Shown piece by piece: positions 60,305 to 64,000 of a DNA stretch of 64,000 bases. Source of the stretch: an uncultured virus (IMG/VR IMGVR_UViG_3300031993_000020) (taxonomy: Duplodnaviria; Heunggongvirae; Uroviricota; Caudoviricetes). A program made the position numbers and the translations under genes. The stretch lies in the IMG/VR virus record IMGVR_UViG_3300031993_000020. One strand, 5' to 3'. Position 1 is the first letter of the stretch. Every line of letters starts with the position of its first letter. The notes below the pieces were generated by a model. It ran no database searches. It worked only from the letters and a program-made list of their open reading frames with translations, and was not told the DNA's origin.

Positions 60305-61054
60305 ATGATCTGTGCTTTTTGTGGTAGAGATATTATTAAGAAATTGCCTATACATTTAAGAACAGCTCACGGTAAAACGTTGAGAGACAATACGATTATT
60401 AATGAAGGGCTGGATCCAAATAATCTGCCAAAGTGTAAATTCTGTGGCCGAGATGTAATGATTGATCGGATTGTGCATAAGACGTGTGACAATCCGATGT
60501 GCATTGAGCGTCAGAAGGCTATCAATAGGCACGAAGGACAGGTTATTGAGAATCGTAGACGAGTGGAAGCTGGAACGAGTAATCTACTCAAGCAGAACCT
60601 CCAGTATGATGAATTTGGGCGTTCTCTTATTCATTTGAATTCGTATCGTTCTCGAATGATTCATGGCAATTTACAGCCTAAGATTTCTAATTTAGAGAAA
60701 CGTGTAGCTGATTATGTTCGGACTCGTTATCCGAGAGTTACAATTCAGTATGGCATTCCGGGAGCACCTGATCCTCATCCTTATGATATGTACGTGCCGG
60801 AGATAAATCTTCTGATCGAAGTTGATGGTTCTTACTGGCATGAGCAGAAATCTGAATGGGATTATAAGTGTGAAATGCAAGCGAAAAATCTCGGATATAA
60901 TATTGAACGTATTTCGTGGGACGAGAATCAGAACATATCAGATGAACAGTTAGCTTCTATGGTGGATACAATTTTAGATAAGTATCCTGTAGGGAACCAA
61001 CAGACATATTTTCCGGCAAGTCCGCCGGAATCAACTATTGTGGAGACTAGGTAA
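60305..61054 (+). CDS. Free-standing DUF559/Vsr-like homing endonuclease
   Basis: CAFC/CKFC/CDNPMC zinc motifs; SNLE, YDMYV...LIEVDGSYWH. Confidence 0.8.
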   Translation: MICAFCGRDIIKKLPIHLRTAHGKTLRDNTIINEGLDPNNLPKCKFCGRDVMIDRIVHKTCDNPMCIERQKAINRHEGQVIENRRRVEAGTSNLLKQNLQYDEFGRSLIHLNSYRSRMIHGNLQPKISNLEKRVADYVRTRYPRVTIQYGIPGAPDPHPYDMYVPEINLLIEVDGSYWHEQKSEWDYKCEMQAKNLGYNIERISWDENQNISDEQLASMVDTILDKYPVGNQQTYFPASPPESTIVETR

Positions 61055-61057
61055 ACA

Positions 61058-61426
61058 ATGGCACTAACACAAGATGAACTAATCAAACAAATCAAGGAAC
61101 AGTTTGAAAAAATGCCTGGAGTGCAATACACTTCGAAGGCTCTAGCTAACTTAATTCTTGGGAGCGAACAGTTGAGTGCGACAAACAGAATTGTAAATAT
61201 CTTGAGAATCTTACGTGATGAAGGATATCTTACCTATCAAGTGAACGAGAGCAGCACCAAGAAGCCAGGAAGCTGGGTTCAAAGGGGTGTAAAGGTTCTT
61301 AAGAAAGAATTAAAGAAGGCAACTCAAGTTAAAGACAACGACAAAGCGACGAAGGAATGGATTGCTAAAGTCGTTGGTGAATTGGAACAACTTGCCTTAG
61401 AAGGCAAACAACTGCTCGAAAACTGA
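61058..61426 (+). CDS. Winged-helix-like DNA-binding protein
   Basis: YTSKALA...ILRILRDEGYL pattern. Confidence 0.45.
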   Translation: MALTQDELIKQIKEQFEKMPGVQYTSKALANLILGSEQLSATNRIVNILRILRDEGYLTYQVNESSTKKPGSWVQRGVKVLKKELKKATQVKDNDKATKEWIAKVVGELEQLALEGKQLLEN

Positions 61427-61445
61427 GCTATAAGGACATTTTTCT

Positions 61446-61913
61446 ATGAAGAAGATTACTTGGGAAAGCGTTGAAGAATTTAAGCCGGAACTTTCTGCCG
61501 AAGCCACAGATCGCGAAAAGATTCGTGCCAACATGTTGGTTGAACTGAAAAAATGGAAAGAGAAAATCGACGCGGATAAAGAACCAAACGAGAAAAAAGC
61601 TCTGACGATTTATAATGACATCTTGGATAAGCAAATTGATGTTCTCCATACAAGGAAACATATAAGTGCTATTCTGATGGGCGAAAAAGGTGAAGACCAT
61701 CTTGAATTGTCTATGATTGGGACAAAGATCGACTGGAACAAGACGAATCTCTGGAACGTCATTTTCTTTGATAAAATCGCTCAGCATTTAATGCGTTCTG
61801 TGTATACTGAAGTCAACGGGCCGAAAGCTCCTAGACCGAAAAAAGTTAAAAAGTTCAAACAGAAAAAGGTTGCAGACAAACCTGCAGAAGCAGAGAAATC
61901 TGTTGAAGCGTAA
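61446..61913 (+). CDS. Hypothetical protein with a Lys-rich tail
   Basis: AAGGA RBS, 155 aa. Confidence 0.6.
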   Translation: MKKITWESVEEFKPELSAEATDREKIRANMLVELKKWKEKIDADKEPNEKKALTIYNDILDKQIDVLHTRKHISAILMGEKGEDHLELSMIGTKIDWNKTNLWNVIFFDKIAQHLMRSVYTEVNGPKAPRPKKVKKFKQKKVADKPAEAEKSVEA

Positions 61914-62018
61914 TGTCTAAATTTTGAGGAGGAGGACAAGAGACCTCTCCTTGTCCTCTTTCTCCTTACTAGTCGCTGCCGCCAGCATGGAGCTGGGGAG
62001 GGTATAAGGAGATTTATT

Positions 62019-62516
62019 ATGAAAAAGGTATTCACAACTGAATGGAAACTGGTACAAGCGAGTTCTGGAAAGAAACGGAACGAACAGCTCTTTGACCTGG
62101 ATTTTCATCCTGTCCACACAGATGAAGCTGATTTTGGTTTGTCTGTCGGAGGACTCAAGAGTGACGTAATTCCGAAAGTTGGCAAAAACTACACGCTGAC
62201 TCTTTATGAGGCAGAAGGTTATGATGGTGTCTGGTTCACTGTAACATCAGTTGCTATCGCTGATGATGGCGAAAAAACTCGCTTGGATGTAACACTTCTG
62301 CAACAGAATGATGACTACTATACAGAAGTTGTCTTTAATTGCTTTACGGATAAGTTTTACACTAACCTGCACGACCGTTTCTATCTGATTTTGGAAGAGG
62401 TTGACGATAACGCGCGGCTGATTGATCAGCTGCCGAATATTCTTAAAGAAGATCCTCGGACAGAGATTGAAGTAACCACTGACATCCGGAAAAGTTTTAT
62501 TCGACCGCTTCCTTAG
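62019..62516 (+). CDS. Hypothetical protein
   Basis: AAGGAG RBS, 165 aa. Confidence 0.6.
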   Translation: MKKVFTTEWKLVQASSGKKRNEQLFDLDFHPVHTDEADFGLSVGGLKSDVIPKVGKNYTLTLYEAEGYDGVWFTVTSVAIADDGEKTRLDVTLLQQNDDYYTEVVFNCFTDKFYTNLHDRFYLILEEVDDNARLIDQLPNILKEDPRTEIEVTTDIRKSFIRPLP

Positions 62517-62534
62517 TGCTTGAATATACAAGAA

Positions 62535-62700
62535 TTTTGCAGAACGTTTTGAAGTACAGCTAACTACTTTACTCTTTGCTTTTGATGTGCTCATATTTTT
62601 TCTCCCTTCTGCTTCCGCCGTCGTGAGATGCCGGAGAACGTTCTGTAGAAGTGTGCTGACCTCTCTTGTGTACTTCGGAGGGGTCAGTTTTCTTTTTTTT
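62535..62700 (+). ncRNA. Candidate small RNA ending in an intrinsic terminator
   Basis: 16-bp stem 62535-50/62635-50, GTGA-capped hairpin, then CTGACCTCTC...GGAGGGGTCAG plus a T-run. Confidence 0.55.
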
Positions 62701-62718
62701 TCTCTTCTCGAGGCTTTT

Positions 62719-63846
62719 ATGAAGATCAATAAAAATACTATTAGAGATGGTTATATATGTAGTTATTGGGACATAAGTCAAGCAGAGCCCCGATCTATCT
62801 GTTATCTTTCTGAAGATCCTTTATTCAAGGACCTTTATCAGATAGGAGGCGATGCATACAAAGAGCTTGCGATTCGTCGGTGGCTAGCCTCACATAATCT
62901 TGACCCGTCATTTAATTCTCCTGATCGCGCAAAAGTCGATATGAAATGGGTCAAGGAACAGAGAACATTATATAAGACAATCATTCTTTCTGGTATTTAC
63001 GGCAGAAGTATTAAGGCACTATCTGAATCTGCCGGTGTTTCTTATGAAGTCGGTAAAGAGATTTGGGAAGGGTTCATGGGGCCGATGAAAAAGGTCACAG
63101 AATTCCGCGATAATAACATTGCCTACGCCGAAAAGAATGGTTACATTAATACAATTCTAGGGGAAAGAATCCCCTGTGATATGGATAATATCTATACGAC
63201 AGCTAACAATTGGGCTGTTCAGGGATTTACCGCAGTTATCTTAGCTACATTCTTTTATAATTGTATTGAAAAAGCATTAAGTATGGGAATCGACGTTACT
63301 TCGTACATGATTATTCACGATTCTCAGACTATTTCATTTCCCATCAAGGATTTATTCTTGATGGATTTGATCTGTAGAAAATATTTCCGCGAAGCCTGTA
63401 AACAGTATTTTAAGCCGGATTACAAATTCGATTGGGATCTGATGTTTGATTTAATGAAACATATTCCCTATCAATTTGATTTAAATTCCAGCACCGCTAC
63501 GTTTACTCTCTGGTCAGAAAAAGTAGATTATTTGTTGGATCATCTGGCAGTGAATTATAAATTCAAAGTGACCCAGAGAGATGAGTTTACAGAGCCAGAC
63601 ACGGAAGGTGCTAAGCTCTTAGTTAGCACAGGAAAGAACAAGTACCACTTAGTTATGGAAAACGAACGGTTCAGACAATTAAAACAGACAAAACTAAAAA
63701 TCCAGTTAACGGAAAAGTTAAAAAACATTGATTGGTGGGATGTTCCATTAGAGCCCACTTTTCTTGAACATATCAAGAAAATCAAATACTTAGACTTTAG
63801 TAAATTCTCTGGCGAAACTAATGTAGGTATTAGTAACGCAGTTTAA
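62719..63846 (+). CDS. Family A DNA polymerase, C-terminal catalytic part
   Basis: Motif A WDISQAEPR, motif B RTLYKTIILSGIYG, NWAVQG, motif C IHDS; GAGG before ATG 62719. Confidence 0.88.
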   Translation: MKINKNTIRDGYICSYWDISQAEPRSICYLSEDPLFKDLYQIGGDAYKELAIRRWLASHNLDPSFNSPDRAKVDMKWVKEQRTLYKTIILSGIYGRSIKALSESAGVSYEVGKEIWEGFMGPMKKVTEFRDNNIAYAEKNGYINTILGERIPCDMDNIYTTANNWAVQGFTAVILATFFYNCIEKALSMGIDVTSYMIIHDSQTISFPIKDLFLMDLICRKYFREACKQYFKPDYKFDWDLMFDLMKHIPYQFDLNSSTATFTLWSEKVDYLLDHLAVNYKFKVTQRDEFTEPDTEGAKLLVSTGKNKYHLVMENERFRQLKQTKLKIQLTEKLKNIDWWDVPLEPTFLEHIKKIKYLDFSKFSGETNVGISNAV

Positions 63847-63865
63847 TAAAAGTTGAATGCGTGTA
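63828..63865 (+). promoter_or_regulatory. Phage-specific promoter motif
   Basis: TATTAGTA...CGTGTA with the same spacing as the two other copies. Confidence 0.6.
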
Positions 63866-64000
63866 CTATTAGAACCAGAGTAGTTTTGGAGTTTCAAGAT
63901 GCCCGGTTTGCGTTTTTCATATCTATATCAGGAAGACATCGCGCAGATAATAGATGCGAAAATACCGATATGTCTTCTTAATAATAAGAACATTCTGATT

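Noticed and set aside
62587..62718. N-terminal extension of the polymerase C-part given in the ORF track
   Set aside because: Runs through the structured RNA and terminator; ATG 62719 with a GAGG RBS is more plausible
59050..62730. A giant group I/II intron joining the polymerase halves
   Set aside because: No P/Q/R/S or domain V motifs seen at either boundary; both halves have their own stop or start signals
63899..63997. Short ORF after the last promoter motif
   Set aside because: Only 32 codons at the window edge; cannot be supported

Overview
64 kb of a large tailed dsDNA bacteriophage genome, standard genetic code, with two divergent arms. The minus-strand arm (1-36390) is a head morphogenesis module: T4 gp23-like major capsid protein, two paralogous acidic scaffold/core proteins, prohead protease, large terminase, portal, a holin-like protein and about 15 orphan proteins. 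Almost all of these carry a recurrent [KRN]-[NY]-F-[SA] motif, often in a shared N-terminal leader, which suggests a capsid-targeting and protease-processing system. The plus-strand arm (36535-64000) holds a helicase-like protein, a probable replication origin (AT-rich core, inverted repeats, 12 copies of an 11-bp iteron), accessory genes, nucleotide metabolism genes (ThyX-like, dCMP deaminase, dNK) and replication genes (primase, DnaB-like helicase with a 286-nt group I intron, RusA, SSB, 5'-3' exonuclease, and a family A DNA polymerase split into two genes 3.4 kb apart). Other notable items: a TnpB gene inside a 1.5-kb element with terminal inverted repeats and an 8-bp target-site duplication; a nuclease-less terminase paralog; a 72-nt antisense copy of a coding segment 9.3 kb away; several structured non-coding RNA candidates; and a phage-specific promoter motif. 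All calls come from reading motifs by eye; no database searches were run.
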